64,000 bases of DNA from an uncultured bacterium (GCA_963768305.1 CAVYHE010000009.1:114534-178533); one strand, 5' to 3'; shown: positions 1 through 13,200, numbered from the stretch's first letter. A program made the numbers and translations. The notes: a model not told the origin generated them from the sequence alone.

Positions 1-157
1 CGAGAGTGTCTGTGGTCATCAGGAGATATTTTTTGGACGGACGCCTGATAACGGCTGTGTCATCGCCTATCCCGATGATAACGTTGCTGTCTTTGATCGC
101 ATTGGCTCTTTTGATCTTTTCGATAAGCCCAAATTCACCGGTCTCCGAGATCTTCAT
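1..157 (-). CDS. thiL: Thiamine-monophosphate kinase, 5' part (runs off window start)
   Basis: Manual translation from ATG at 155-157 (ATGA overlap with thiC stop): MKISETGEFGLIEKIKR...VIIGIGDDTAVI...LLMTTDTL, with the ThiL GEFxLI, GIGDD and TTD motifs. Confidence 0.9.
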   Translation of the reverse strand, partial: MKISETGEFGLIEKIKRANAIKDSNVIIGIGDDTAVIRRPSKKYLLMTTDTL

Positions 158-1404
158 TTTTGTTTCTTTGATTCCGACACGACCTTCATCGCGCAGAATT
201 CGCCGCACATCGTGCAAGTATCCGTCATCTTGGATGTCGATCTGGCATCCCGTATTCTTTCCGCGGTTTCGGGATCGATGGAAAGATCTATCTGCTTTTC
301 CCAATTAAGCGCTTTCCTTGCTTTTGACATTTCCATGTCCCACTCTCTGGCTCCCTTGATACCTTTCACGATATCGCCGATGTGCGCTGCTATCCTCGCA
401 GCAATAATGCCGTCTTTCACATCGTCCAAGTTTGGTAATCCGAGATGTTCTGATGGAGTAACATAGCACAAGAAATCCGCTCCAGCCGCAGCGGCGATCG
501 ATCCTCCGATGGCGGATGTGAGGTGGTCCCATCCGGGGGCAACATCTGTTGGAAGCGGCCCAAGGACATAGAATGGGGCTCCCTTGCATATCTTTTTCTC
601 AAGCTTTATCTGATCTTCGATCATGTCCAATGGAACGTGGCCCGGGCCTTCAATTATGACCTGAACGCCCGCTTTGCGCGCTCTCTTTGCCAGTTGCCCA
701 AGCACCTTTAATTCGCCCATCTGGAGCATGTCGCCAGCATCAGCGATGCAGCCGGGCCTCATCCCGTCGCCAAGGCTCAGCGTTACGCCGTATTCCTTAG
801 CGATATCCAGCAGCCGGTCATATTCCTCATACAGCGGATTTTCCCTTTCCCAAATGGTCATCCATTTATATAAGAATGCGCCTCCCCTGCTGACCACGTC
901 CGTGACTCGCTTTTTGCCTTCCAGCTTTTTTATCAGTGACCTGGTCACGCCGCAATGGATGGTCATGAAATCCACGCCTGATCTTGCGTGTTTCTCTATG
1001 ACGCTGAACATTATATCCGCGGTCATTTTCTCGATAGAGCCGGCTTCGATCGCCGCCTGATATATCGGCACAGTACCGACCGGAACTGTTGAAGCATTGA
1101 TTATCGCCTGACGAATTTCATCAAGATCTCCGCCGACCGAAAGGTCCATTATCGCATCGGCCTTGTTCTTAAGGCAGATATCCACTTTTTCAAGTTCGGT
1201 GGAGAGGTCGTTAAATTCCTTTGAGGTTCCGATATTCGCATTGACCTTTGTGCGCATGCCTTTTCCCACAGCCATGGGATGGAGGGGTGAATGTATCATA
1301 TTGTAAGGGATGGCGATCTCGCCGGACCTTAAACCTCTTAATATTGTCCCTTCGGGGACTTTTTCCAGGCGCGCGATCTCGCTGATGACCTTTTTATTGA
1401 ACAT
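154..1404 (-). CDS. thiC: Phosphomethylpyrimidine synthase
   Basis: KVNANIGTS, DFMTIHCG, SRGG, EGPGHVP, YVTPSEH and C-terminal CTMCGEFC Fe-S motif. Confidence 0.97.
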   Translation of the reverse strand: MFNKKVISEIARLEKVPEGTILRGLRSGEIAIPYNMIHSPLHPMAVGKGMRTKVNANIGTSKEFNDLSTELEKVDICLKNKADAIMDLSVGGDLDEIRQAIINASTVPVGTVPIYQAAIEAGSIEKMTADIMFSVIEKHARSGVDFMTIHCGVTRSLIKKLEGKKRVTDVVSRGGAFLYKWMTIWERENPLYEEYDRLLDIAKEYGVTLSLGDGMRPGCIADAGDMLQMGELKVLGQLAKRARKAGVQVIIEGPGHVPLDMIEDQIKLEKKICKGAPFYVLGPLPTDVAPGWDHLTSAIGGSIAAAAGADFLCYVTPSEHLGLPNLDDVKDGIIAARIAAHIGDIVKGIKGAREWDMEMSKARKALNWEKQIDLSIDPETAERIRDARSTSKMTDTCTMCGEFCAMKVVSESKKQK

Positions 1405-1410
1405 TACGGG

Positions 1411-1439
1411 ATTTTAACACAAGCGGGAGTTGGCTTCAA
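1411..1439 (-). promoter_or_regulatory. Sigma70-type promoter of thiC (TTGAAG-N17-TAAAAT, with TG extended -10)
   Basis: Minus strand TTGAAG ccaactcccgcttgtgt TAAAAT cccgta ATG. Confidence 0.6.
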
Positions 1440-1445
1440 TTGAAC

Positions 1446-1482
1446 AAAAAAAGCGGGCTTTTGGTTATTATGCCCGCTTTTT
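1446..1482. terminator. Intrinsic terminator after the SLH protein gene (bidirectional form)
   Basis: AAAAAAAGCGGGC-loop-GCCCGCTTTTT inverted repeat with A/T tails. Confidence 0.85.
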
Positions 1483-1501
1483 AAATTTGATTACTAAATC
1501 T

Positions 1502-4172
1502 TTACTGGAACGCGCTTGCGGCTTTCAGCTGCTTGATCTGCGCCTGCCCGAACTTGGTGTTCGCCAGCAATTCAGCAAGTTCAGCCCTTGTTACCGGCTT
1601 TCTGGCTTCGAAGTTCTGCCCTTTAAGGTAGCCCAGCATTCCGGAATCTTTCGCGGCGGCAACATACCTGGATGACCATTCTTTCGCCGTCATATCAGGG
1701 AACGGGCCCGCAACGAGATTAAGAGGTAGCTGAGCATTGTCAAATTTCATCAGCGCGGCAACGGTTTCGGCCCTTGTCGCGGCTATGTTCGGCTCGAATT
1801 TGCCCGCCTTGCGCCCTGACATATATCCGGCTTCCACCGCCGTTTTTATGTACTGCGCCGCCCAGTAATCCCTTGAAACATCGGCGTATCCGCCGTTATA
1901 GGTGCTCGAGGCGGGAAGCCTTTTTGCTTTCACAAGCAATGCCGCAAGTTCGGCCCTGGTAACAACTCTGTTAGGCTTGAATGTTCCGTCCGGGTATCCT
2001 GTCATCAAACCCGCGGTCGCAAGATATTTTATGGAATCTTTCGCGAATGCCCCTTCTCCCACGTCGGCGTATCCCTTTAGCTGTACCTGCTTGCCCGGCG
2101 CAGGAACTATGTCTCCGCCGCCAGCCACCGGCATTCCCGCCGTGCCGGATGTAGGCTCACTGTTCTGGATAACGTTCTCCGCGACAAGCGGAGAAGTGAC
2201 CTCAGGAGCAAAGCCCACGGTCCAATCAGTAAGGTTGTCCGCGGACGCTTTCGCGTATTGCGTTTTCGAGAGCATCGACACGGCTTCCGCCCTGGTAAGC
2301 TCTCTCCTCGGCTCGAAATTATTGCCGTCTATGTAATCAAGCATTCCCGCGGTCTTTGCCGATGCTATTAACGGCGATCCCCAATAGCTCGCGGAAAGGT
2401 CCGGATACGGAGGTGTGCTTAGCGAAGCTTGCGTCGGAAGTTCGCCGAACCTCGCCATTACCGCCACGCCTTCCGCCCTGGTGATCCTGTTATTCGGCCT
2501 GAACGATCCGTCCGGATAACCTTTCACCAGTCCCAGGTCAAGAGCTTCTTTTACGTATCTTGCTGCCCAATGTGATGGGGCGATGTCGCCGAAAACGTTG
2601 GTCGAAACCGGAGGCGGCGGCTCTATGCCTTTACTCTTCACAAGAAGCGCGGCAAGTTCTGCCCTGGAAAGCGCCCTGTCCGGCATGAATGCGCCGCTCG
2701 GGTATCCTTCTATAAGGCCTTTGGTCGCCAGTTTCTCTATAGGCGCGGCCGCCCAGTAATCATCAGAAACATCGGCAAATTTCGTCAATCTCACGATCCT
2801 TATCGTGTGCTCTTCGGTCTTTCCGTTAATATCGGTCGCTATGACCGTCTCAAGATGCTTGCCGGTAGTGGAAACAGGCACGTTCATCGCGAATTCGCCG
2901 TTATCCGCTATCTTCACGTCCGCGGTATTTATCTGGAGTTTCGCTATACTCGCGGGATTCGACACTTTTCCTTTTATCGGGATGACGGACGAAGTTGTGA
3001 ACGCCTTATCTTCGGGCGTCAGTTCCGAGATCATGGGGCCATTTTCAACGACAGGCGCGACCGCGACAGGAGCTACGACCGCCGGTTTTACGGCCACCGG
3101 TTTTTCTTCAACCGGTTTCATCGCCATCGGCATTCCCACGTAAGAGATCGAAAAGTATTGTGACGAAGAACCCGGGATGTCAGTGAACTCCGGGCTATAA
3201 GCATAGTTAAACTCAATTCCCTGATAATTGAAGCCCAGTCCGAGAGTGATATTACTGAGATTGCCGTCCGGAGCGGGGATCTGATTCACTCCGGCCCTGA
3301 GGGTAAGCATCTTATTGATATTGGCGCCGAGTTGCGGCTGATATTCCACTCCCACATGGAGCGTTCCCGGAACTTCCCCTCTTATGCCCATGTCACAATC
3401 CATGGCCAGATTCAGGTTCGCGTCGCTCTGATAAAGCGCTCCGCCGTCCGACGCGTCCCCCATAAGCGCGGCTTCCGCGCCGATTTTCATGGCGGAGTCT
3501 ATTGTATCGTCCTCTCCGTCGGGATAAGTCATTGCTCCCGCGATTATATTCTGCAGCGATAATCCGTATGACATGTATCCTTTCGGCTTGTATAACAACC
3601 CGAGGTCGGCCGCGACGCCGCTTCCGCTGAGGTCCGATGCCCCTCCCTTGCCCGATGCGCTGTTCGTAATATATTTGATGGTATATCCGCCGTAAACGTC
3701 TTTTGCGCTCGGGATCAAATTTTTCCCGAGGTTCACGCCCTGAGACACGAAAAAGACATTTTCACCGTAAGAACCGTTACCTTCGGACGTTCCGTATATG
3801 TTATATAATGGTATGCTGCCGGTCGCCTGGCTTATCACTCCGACGCCGACGCTGCCAAGATCATCGCTTATCGGATACGCGCCGGATATCACGGTGTAGT
3901 TCACTTCATCAAGAAGGCTTGTGTACATGCTGGTAAGCTTTAATGAAGAGACCTCCCCGAGTCCCGCGGGATTAATGAAAACCGTTTCGGCGTTCTGGGC
4001 CACTCCGACATACGCGCTGCCCATGCCCATCGCTCTTGCGCCGACGGAAAGGTCCATCGGGTCCGCGGTAAGCGCGTAGGCCGAGCCGCAGGCGATGAAA
4101 ACAACGGCGAATGCGAACATTAAAACAGATCGGATCGATCTTGATGTTGTAAATTATATTAAATGATTGCAT
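1502..4172 (-). CDS. PorV/PorQ-like outer-membrane beta-barrel fused to an Ig-like domain and six SLH domains (main ORF 1502-4120; true start probably 4172 through a frameshift)
   Basis: Signal peptide ending AYA; VGARAMGMGSAYVGVAQNAETVFINPAGL is a PorV/FadL-type N-terminal motif; amphipathic strands ending FSISY; six FxDV..WA...GYPDG.F.P....TRAE SLH repeats. Confidence 0.85.
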
Positions 4173-4226
4173 TAATTTTTCCTCCCGATCGAGTTCCCTT
4201 TATGACGCCATTCCCTCTCTATATAT

Positions 4227-4254
4227 ATATCGTCAATATTCATCGAAAATTTCA
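4227..4254 (-). promoter_or_regulatory. Sigma28-like promoter element, copy 1
   Basis: TGAAA-N15-GACGATAT upstream of the SLH gene; its TGA is also the stop codon of the upstream gene. Confidence 0.75.
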
Positions 4255-5725
4255 CTTTTTTATGACAAGTATTTTGGCCTTCGCGACCAGATTTCCGTTA
4301 TCCACTACCATGATAAGGTATATTCCGTTATTCACTGTCCCGCCGTACGAAGACTGGCCGTCCCATGGGAGCCATGCTACCCCCGGCACCCCCACTCACA
4401 TCTACAGTCACAGCTTTATCCTGATAAATGATCCTTCCGTTAGCGTCAAAGATGTATATGCTGACCGTATCTCCGATGGCTTTCGGTGCGAACAACATTT
4501 TTAGAGGATTATTCTTATCGTTCGGGTTGAACGGGTTCGGATAAGCCATCATTATTCCGCCGGCCTTTGCGTAGATCGCGTTGCCAGGAGGCGTGAATCC
4601 GCCGCCACCGCCACCGCCGGTGGATAGATTTACTGTGAATGCAACTGTTGGGGCCTCGCTTCCGGTTGTCACGGTAACGGTCCTTGACCCCGTTGCCGCA
4701 GAAGCATCAATAACAACATTGTTGCATGTTAAATGCGTCGCATCTGTCACACTTACACTGCCGACAGAGATGTTGCTTCCAAAGCTGACAGTTGTAGTGC
4801 CGCCGAAATGCGTGTTCGCACCGACTATTGCAACGCTGGTAATGGTTGCTCCCTGAGTTCCGCTACTCGGAGTAATGCTGGAGATAGTTGCAGCACCAAC
4901 CGGGTTCACCGTGAATGCAACTGTTGGAATCTCACTTCCAGTTGTCACGGTAACGGTCCTTGACCCAGTTGCCGCAGAAACATCAATAACAACGTTGTTG
5001 CATGTTAAATGTGTCGCATCTGTAACACTGACACTGCCGACAGTGATATTGCTACCAAAGCTGACGGTCGTCGATCCGTTGACAAAATGCGTGTTCGTGC
5101 CGACTATTGCAACGGTGGGAACGGTCGTTCCTTGAGTCCCGTTATTTGGAGTAATGCTGGAGATTGCTGCGACTGGAACAACTGAAGTATTCGTTGAAAA
5201 AGTTGCAATTGAAAGTTCACTCGGAGTTCCTGGGAGTGGTGTAGTAGGATCTACAGTAAAAGTTGCCGAATTCCCGAAATAAGTTGCACCGGCAATCGTT
5301 GAAGCGTTCCACGCTCTTATATAAAATGTTCTTGTTCCTCCAGAACTTGCTGCCTGCTCAAATCCAAGATAAAACTTTCCAGCCATTGGAGGGCTTATCA
5401 AGCTACTATCATCTGTGCCAACTGCTTTTGTCCCAACAAGAACATCGTCCCCTCCAGGAGAGCCATCAGCATTAGGACTGTCTATTATGCCATTTGGTCC
5501 TACCCAAATGGCTTGTATAATACAATTTACAGGAAGCAGAGTAGAGTTATCGCTGTTTTTGACCACTCCACCGGACCACCATTCGCCATTATCGCAAATA
5601 GTTGCGAAATCGTAATAATACGACGCTGCAAATGCTGCCCTAGTGAACAACATAAAACCACAGAATAACACCAACCCAATCGCCACCCCCTTAACAAATA
5701 ACATTATTTTACTTTTCATTTTCAT
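4252..5725 (-). CDS. Secreted protein with two IPT/Ig-like repeats and a C-terminal T9SS-CTD/FlgD-Ig-like domain (frameshift near 4365-4390)
   Basis: Signal peptide (AAFAA); AYPNPFNP...VSIYIFDANGRII; the alternative frame continues WDGQSSYGGTVNNGIYLIMVVDNGNLVAKAKILVIKK* to the stop at 4252. Confidence 0.8.
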
Positions 5726-5736
5726 CTCCTCCTTTT

Positions 5737-5763
5737 ATATCGACAAATTTTCAAATAATTTCA
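5737..5763 (-). promoter_or_regulatory. Sigma28-like promoter element, copy 2 (14-nt spacer, possibly a homopolymer deletion)
   Basis: TGAAA-N14-GTCGATAT directly before AGGAGGAG RBS and ATG at 5725. Confidence 0.65.
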
Positions 5764-5787
5764 TACATAACAACAACTCTGATTTTA

Positions 5788-8700
5788 TTAATAAGGTTTG
5801 GCATAAACCCAGTTTTCTAATCCTGCTTTCTGTTTGACAATAAAGTATCCTTTCCCAACCTCAAAATTAGGTAAGCCTGTTGAAAACGTTAAATCAGTTT
5901 TTAGTAAGGCGAATCTCCAATTGACAGGAGGAGCATCGTAGCCCCAAACCCTATCCGCCGTATCTACAGTGCCTGGTGTCAAAAGACTTCTTAAAGTCGC
6001 ACATTCTGTTCCGTTTAGAGAAACGGCAACCGGGAATGTGGTCCCCACCATATTATTCCCCTGAAGGAGCGGGATTGTCCTTTCTCCACTACTTATTTTA
6101 CCTACTATAGAAATAATTTTTGAGGAGGTATTATTATTGACAATCCAATACCCTTTATCTGCTTCAATTGAAGCTAATTGACCAACCCAAACACCACTTG
6201 TGTTTAATAATGCAAATTGCCAAAGATTTATAGGATCGTAATGCCAAATTCTATCTCCTGTTTGAGCGCCACCCCCCGTTAATTGATTCCCAATGCAAGT
6301 ATTTATGCTGATATCAAAAGGAATAACTGGGAGAGAAATTAAATTATTTCCAACGCTTATATTATAATCAAATTTCCCCAGCACTTCCTGCGTCAGATCA
6401 GCAGTTGTTGGAGCTATCCCTTTGGGCATTATCTTATACCACTTGTTCGTTCCGCTGCCCACTTTTCCAGGAACTGAAGAATCGATCTGCGACGTGCCGG
6501 AAACATTTGGAAATTCATTCGTCCACGTAGCCGTAGTTGTTTCAAATGTCCCTGTTAATGTATAGATATCCACATTACCGGTGGAGCATATCCAGCTAAG
6601 CCCTATATTGCTCCCTACTGCATCGCCTTCGCGGGTGATAGATATATTTGTCACGGGTCCGGTGATCACAGTCCCTACCGTAAAATCAACCAGATTGCTC
6701 GCATCATTGCTCGCCGTCACCTGCACCGGATATACTCCTGTGCCTAATGGCTGGCCTGAAGCATCATTTGGAACGATGACATCGATCTCAGTCGAGCTCC
6801 AGGATGTCACATCGGTTGTCGGAACATTGGTCGTTCCGAACATCACGTGATACGATGCCGTATCCCTGTTCGAAATGTCGGAATGAAGCGGATCTAATGG
6901 ATCATTTCCAAAATTGGAGCCGGTGATCTTAACGGATATTCCTGAAGATCCCGAAGGTTCAGATGACGGGCTTATTAATGTTATTGTGGGCACTGCCGCG
7001 GACGAAACCGTGAAAGGAACTCCGTTGCTTGTCTGTCCACCGGCGGTAATGACCACGGGACCCGAAGTTGCCCCCGCAGGTACCTTCACCACTATCTCTT
7101 TGTCTGTCCATGACACCGGGGTCGTATTGCCAGCTGTTGGGAACGATATCGTGCCGCTGCTCCCGAAACCGGACCCTTCTATTGTTATGAGCGTTCCCGT
7201 TGGGCCGGAGTTAGGCCCTAACTGATCAACTATAGGCCCGGTCCAAGCCACCGCGGTCACAAAATCAATATAATTGTAATTCGAATTCGTATTGGTCCCA
7301 TAATAATTGAACGAATAGTTCTGTATGCTCTTGCTGAAAACATCATCGTCTTTAACGGAACCGGAATAATCATTCCTCCATAATCTGCTGAACGGTATCT
7401 TCACTTCCTGTGTGCTCAAGCTGTTGCTCAATGAATATTTATCCAATGAAACATACGGTTCTGGCTTGGCTCCGCTTTCCAGAACGGCCAACTGGATAGT
7501 ATTTGCGCTGCCGTCCCCTTTCAATATGAACACGAACATGTTGCAGGAAGTAAGGTCGATAGGCTGGACCGTGGACTTAAGTGCTCTCCCCCAGTACCCG
7601 CCCCACTGTGAAGAATTGGTAGCGCCGGGATAAATGGACTTCATTGAGTTTAGCCCGTCATAATAAGCTTCTGTTGTCGCTTCCGGAGTCGCGATCGTCA
7701 CTTCTCCCGCATTTTTTGCGTTGGAATTAAAAAGGTCATACATACTGGTATTTTCATAATTATCGATCATCTTTCCCGCTATCGGCATAAAGGTTTTATC
7801 GCTGTTGCTTGGCGAACTATTCACAGTTACAGTAACAGGAACAGAAGCGCCTGCCGTAAGCCCCGAAGGCGCCGGCTCCACTATCCTTGTATCTGTCCAT
7901 AACTCAGGAGTGCCGGCAACGGTTGAATTGAACGTCACCGTGCTGGAACCCTGGCTGGCACCAAAACCTGTGCCAGTTATGTCCACATAGGTCGTGAACG
8001 GAGCCGCGGCGAATGGACCCGAAATAGGAGCCACGCTTGTGACTGTAGCCGCCGGGCCGCCCAGAGATCCATTTACCGTGAATGCATTGTTGCCCGGGAC
8101 AACTTCGCTGCTGGTCGTAACAACAACATTCCTTGTTCCACCGGCCGCCGATGCGTCGATAGAGATATTACATGTTAAATTTGTAGCGCTTGATGCAGCA
8201 ATGTTGCTGACAGTGATGCCCTGTCCCATATCAATAGCTGTTGAGCTGCCAAAATGCGTGTTCGCTCCGACTATTGCAACACCGGTTAATGTCGCGCCTT
8301 TATCTCCGTTGTTGGGCGTAATACTGACGAAATAAGGAGATCCGGTCGTGTTCACAGTAAATTCATTTGTGCCTGTAACGGTCTCGCTGCCTGTTGTCAC
8401 GACAACATTCCTTGCCCCTGTAGCCGCAGATGCGCCGATTGCGATATTACAGGTTAAATTTGTTCCATCCGATGATGCGACAATGTTGCTGACAGTTATG
8501 CCAGATCCCCAGATCAACAGTGGTAGAGCTGCTGAAATGCGTGCTCGCTCCGACTATTTTTGCGCCGGTCAACGTGGATCCCTGATCGCAGATGTTCGGC
8601 GAAATAAACAGGATGGAAGGCTGTCCCGCCTGTGCCGGCGGCGATTGCATGTTAAAATTACCGCCAAAATTAGTTCCCGAGCTAGTCGCCCAGTTGGCGG

Positions 8701-10201
8701 TCACGGTCACTACAGCATTGCCGATGGCTACTCCCGCGGGAACAACACATTCTATTGTTGTATTGGACCACGAAGTTATATTGTTATCGGAAAGCTGGAT
8801 ATTCCCAAATTTCACGTTATCTGAGAGTGAGTTTCTGTTCCCGAACCCCGGATCCGGCCCGAACGTTGTGCCGTTTATCGTGACCGCGGTTCCCACAGAG
8901 CCTGAAGAAGGAGTCAAAACACTAACATTCGGTTTAACCATGAAATATATATCTGTAGGCGCCTCCGAGCTGGCGGATGTTACGGCTACCAGCATATTTC
9001 CCGGCCACACGCCGGCGGGCACTTTGCATACTATCTGAGTGTCCGTCCAGGTAGTTACATCGGCATCCGCCACCTGGCATTTATTCTTCAACCCCGTGTC
9101 CGTGAAGATCACGTGATTAGTCGGCGTGCTTCTGCTTCCGGCCGGGATATTCCCCATCCCTGTGCCGGTAATCATCACCGTGTCTCCCGCTAACCCGGAG
9201 GAAGGAGCAACTGAAGAAATATCAAAGGCGCTCAAAGTGTAGCTCATTGCGTTGCTGCTTTGTCCGTTCACCGTGACTTTGACCTGATAATTTCCGGGCG
9301 CTAATCCAGCCGGGATCCTGCACCATATCTCGTTAGGAGTAACAGTATTGCACCATATATCACCTTTTGATTGATCAAAGATTATCGGAGTGGTAACGTT
9401 TGTAGCACTGGTGAATGTCACCGTGCTTGTCCCCTGCGTCCCGCCAAATCCTGAGCCGAAAAGCACTACCTGATCGCCGGGCGCTCCGGAAGTGGGAGCA
9501 GCCATATTGGTTAGCGTTAGCGATGGCGTTGCAGTGGAAAGAACTTTATATTGATCTCCCGGCGCATTTATCGGGCTTTGGCCGGCAGATGTTGTCACTC
9601 TTATATCATATGTTGTTCCGACTGATAACCCGCTCGGGATCGAAATCCCATTTATCAATGTGGAGCTTGAGACAGTATATCCGGTTATTGGAGTTGACCC
9701 GACCACTATACTTGTAACATTGGAAAAATCCGTTCCTGTGATCGCTATCCCCGTATTAGGCGATAGTCCGCTTGATGGAGATACTCCTGTAACAGTCGGA
9801 ATTCCAGGCGCATTGACCGTGTAGGTCATTGCATTGCTGCTCTGTCCGTACACTGTCACTGTTACCTGATAATTTCCGGGCGTCAATCCTGCCGGGATCC
9901 TGCACCATATCTCGTTAGGAGTAACAGTATTGCACCATATATCACCTTTTGATTGATCAAAAGTTATCGGGGTAGCAATCTGGGCCGCGCTGGTGAATAT
10001 CACCTCGCTTGTTCCCTGTGTCCCGCCGAATCCCGAGCCGAAAAGCACCACCTGATCGCCGGGCGCTCCGGAAGTCGGAGCTAATGTGCCTATCGTTGGC
10101 GCGGCCGCAAATGCCGGGACCGCAAGGGCGCACAGGACAACGAACAGGATGCCCGCAAGAGATCCCTTTTTCAGCCAGACACCATCATGTAATGTTTTCA
10201 T
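5788..10201 (-). CDS. Large secreted IPT/TIG-repeat surface protein with a CBM11/CIA30-like domain (one gene split by a frameshift near 8500)
   Basis: Signal peptide (PAFAA); many P.SG..G..V.I.G.GFG IPT repeats across ORFs 8447-10201 and 5788-8517, which overlap mid-repeat; MIDNYE...LKGDGSANTIQL...VKIPFSRL CBM11-like segment; duplicated C-terminal GNNLISLP..DRIW.Y..W..GKGY.I motif. Confidence 0.8.
9240..10085 (-). repeat. Internal near-identical DNA duplication (~9240-9500 and ~9825-10085) in the IPT protein
   Basis: Both encode PTSGAPGDQVVLFGSGFGGTQGTS...FDQSKGDIWCNTVTPNEIWCRIPAGL.PGNYQV with long identical nucleotide runs. Confidence 0.85.
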
Positions 10202-10211
10202 TGCCCTCTCC

Positions 10212-13200
10212 TTATTGATTAATATTTACGAATTTTCCTGTTTTAGTGCTAGCATCGTATTGGACATCCATTTCGCCTCTGAGGGTTTTACAAACGTTGT
10301 CGGTGTATATTAATTGCCCGATCGCTTCTTTGTTATATAATACCACTTTTCCGCTCATAATTCCAGCTGGTCTCGGCGGATCATCAGGTCCCGGCTTTTC
10401 CCCGTCAGCGGTCCACCAGGCATTCCCCACGTTTTCCGTCCAGGCATTAGAAAGGAATTTGATGCAATCTTCGACCGATGGATTATAGTCGTTACCTGTG
10501 CGGACACTGAACATGTCTTGGGCCACGCTTGTATTATTATTGTCGAAGGCCTTCAACACATTGGTGTATCTGTCGATCGCATCGTGATATTTCTTGCTCG
10601 ACCAGTCTTTATATTTTTTATTATGCAACATCTCCAGATCGCCCTTATTTAAAAATGCGTTCAGATCGACATATTTCTGGAGATAAAGTCCCAAGTTTGC
10701 AGGCCCATTTGCAGGCATGTTTGGCAAGTTCCACGTTCCAAGATTGTCTAAGTCACCCATAGCGCATTTCCTTAACTCTTTCATCCACTGTATAAGCGGC
10801 TCCTTGTCACCCAGGTCAGGATTCCTCCCTAAAAGCTTCAGGGCCAGATATACTTTATAATGCTTTACATACGGTTGGAACTTCGCCTCGTCAAAAGCTA
10901 TATCTGCAAATTCAGCTGGACTTTTATGGAATTTTTTCACAAGCAGGTCGTTGGCCAAACCCTGATCTCTAACATTAGCCAGGGGCAAAGGCAGCGGCGA
11001 AGTCCCGTTCGTGAAAACCGGATTAAGCCTCGGACGGAGCGGTCGAGCTGGGGCTTGCGGCTGAGCCGGGGCTGGCGGCGTTGCAGGTGCAGCCGGCTGC
11101 AGAACTACAGCTGGTTGCGGAGCTGCAGGGGCTGCGGCTGGCGTCTGTTGCACAGTCGTAGTTTCGGTGGTCACCTGAACCGAGACTTTCGGCTGAGCCA
11201 CCACTTTCTTCGATGTATCAGCTGGCGTCGGAGCCGGGGCTACCGGCTGTAAAGTTGTTTTTTGCAACTCTTTTGCTGGCAATGGCGCTGCGGCTGCCGG
11301 TTGTGGAGTCGCTTTTGGCAACTCTTTTGCCGGAGCTGCTGCCGCCGGTTGAGCTGATACTGTCGTTGAAGCTGCGGCTGTCTGCTTTTGTTCTGCCGGT
11401 TTCTGTGATTCAGCTTTTTCAACATAAATTCCCGGTAATTTGCCGCCAAAAGTGATCGTAAAATCCACACTTGCAGCTTTTGACATATAATTGTAGCGGG
11501 CGCCCACTCCAAAATCGTAAGATTTAAACCTATATCCGAATTTCCCATAAATTGAGCTCTGGTCCTGATATAGTAAAGGATAATGCAGTGAAGATATTTC
11601 CTTATCCAATAAGAACCTGTATCCCATTCCGCCGTATAATCCGTCCTCCGCATCCTTTGGCGTAATATCCGCGCCCATGTCAATGAACTGCTTCACAATC
11701 CTTCCATTGTCGGCGTCGGAAATAAGCGAAGAATTCACATAGGCCCTGCCGTAAGCGATATTCGCCTTGATGAGCTTTTTATTGGTTAACGAGGCATGGA
11801 AAATCATGCCGGCTTTCAAGTTAGCCTCGGCAAAATTGGCATCGCTCGTTCGCGAAGGGACAGAGAACCCGTTCGTAAGCAGTCCGCTTGCGGAACCTTC
11901 CACATTCAAGCTGAGCTGCTCTATGACCTTTACCTCGGCTTTCGCGGAAACAGTGTGCACTGTGATAGGATCATCAATGCTGGTGTTCAGGTCCTCGTTC
12001 CTGCTTGCTCCATATTTGCCTTCCACATAAAGATATTTATTAAGAAGCTGCCCGTCCCCGCTGATATCCATCTCTTTCGAGAATCGGTCAGCCGCGGCGC
12101 TGATGTGCAAATGAGGGATCGGGGTATATTTAAATCCCCCTCCGGCATTGAATGCACCATCCATCATTCCGGTAGTGAAGAACATTTCCCCGTCGCCCAA
12201 GCGCACCTGCTCCTTTACCGGCTCGGGTATCGGGATCGGAGGTTTAGGTGGTTCTTGCTTTACTTCGGCCTCCGCAGGCTTCTGCTGAGGCGCCGGCATC
12301 GGTTTTACTTTTATTAGATGCGCCCAAAATGTCTGTTCATCAAAATTCCTCACGCTGGCCGCCTCATCCGGGTTGGGCCCATGTTCAAAGAAAGGCATCA
12401 ACTCATTGCGCTGAATATCCGGGAGTGTCCCGCAAAGCGCTTTCATGGCGTCATAAATGTCCTTTTCAGAATAAGTGAACATGGAAGCATTGGCCTGGGG
12501 ATCTTTTAATCCCGCCTCTATCTTCAAATATCGCGCCTGCAGCAAGCCAAAATTCTTGAGCGTTTGCATCTGCGCCAGTGGCTTAGCAGCCAGCATCGCC
12601 TTCGCTGCTTTATATGCCCCTTTCTGACCCGCGTGTTTCGCATAATAGTCCGCTGCCGCTCTTATATTGATAAGATACCTGGTCACCATGGCTTCCACGG
12701 TCATGCCTATCGCAAGCAGAACGTTCTTTTGGTCATTTTGCTTTTTGGCCTTTTGCTCATCATTGGTCGCCGGATCAGCATTAATAGAATCAATATATGA
12801 TCTCACTTTGGCCAGCATGCCGGCTTCATCCAGTTGTCCCAGGTTGTCCCCAAGGGACTCTTTCAGGCCGGCTTTCATTGCATCGGTCAGTGGGTTGGCA
12901 TAACCTTCCGCAAGCAAGGATAATCGCTTATAAAGACTTATGTTAAGGCTGTCTTTATCGAGATCGCCATGGCCCGGCTGACTAAAGTTGTCCTTGGGAT
13001 ATGAAGTTTGAACGAGCTTGGCCGCGTTCCTGCCCCTGTTTTCAGTCTTTGACGACGCTATCTTTATCAATTGATCTATTTTCGCGGAATAAAGCCATGC
13101 ACTTTCCATTTTAGATAATCCCGGTTTCACGCTCCTGGAATATCCGGCCACGCTGACGCCGGTGGTATATCTTGTCATTAAAAGCTCCGCAGCGAATTTA

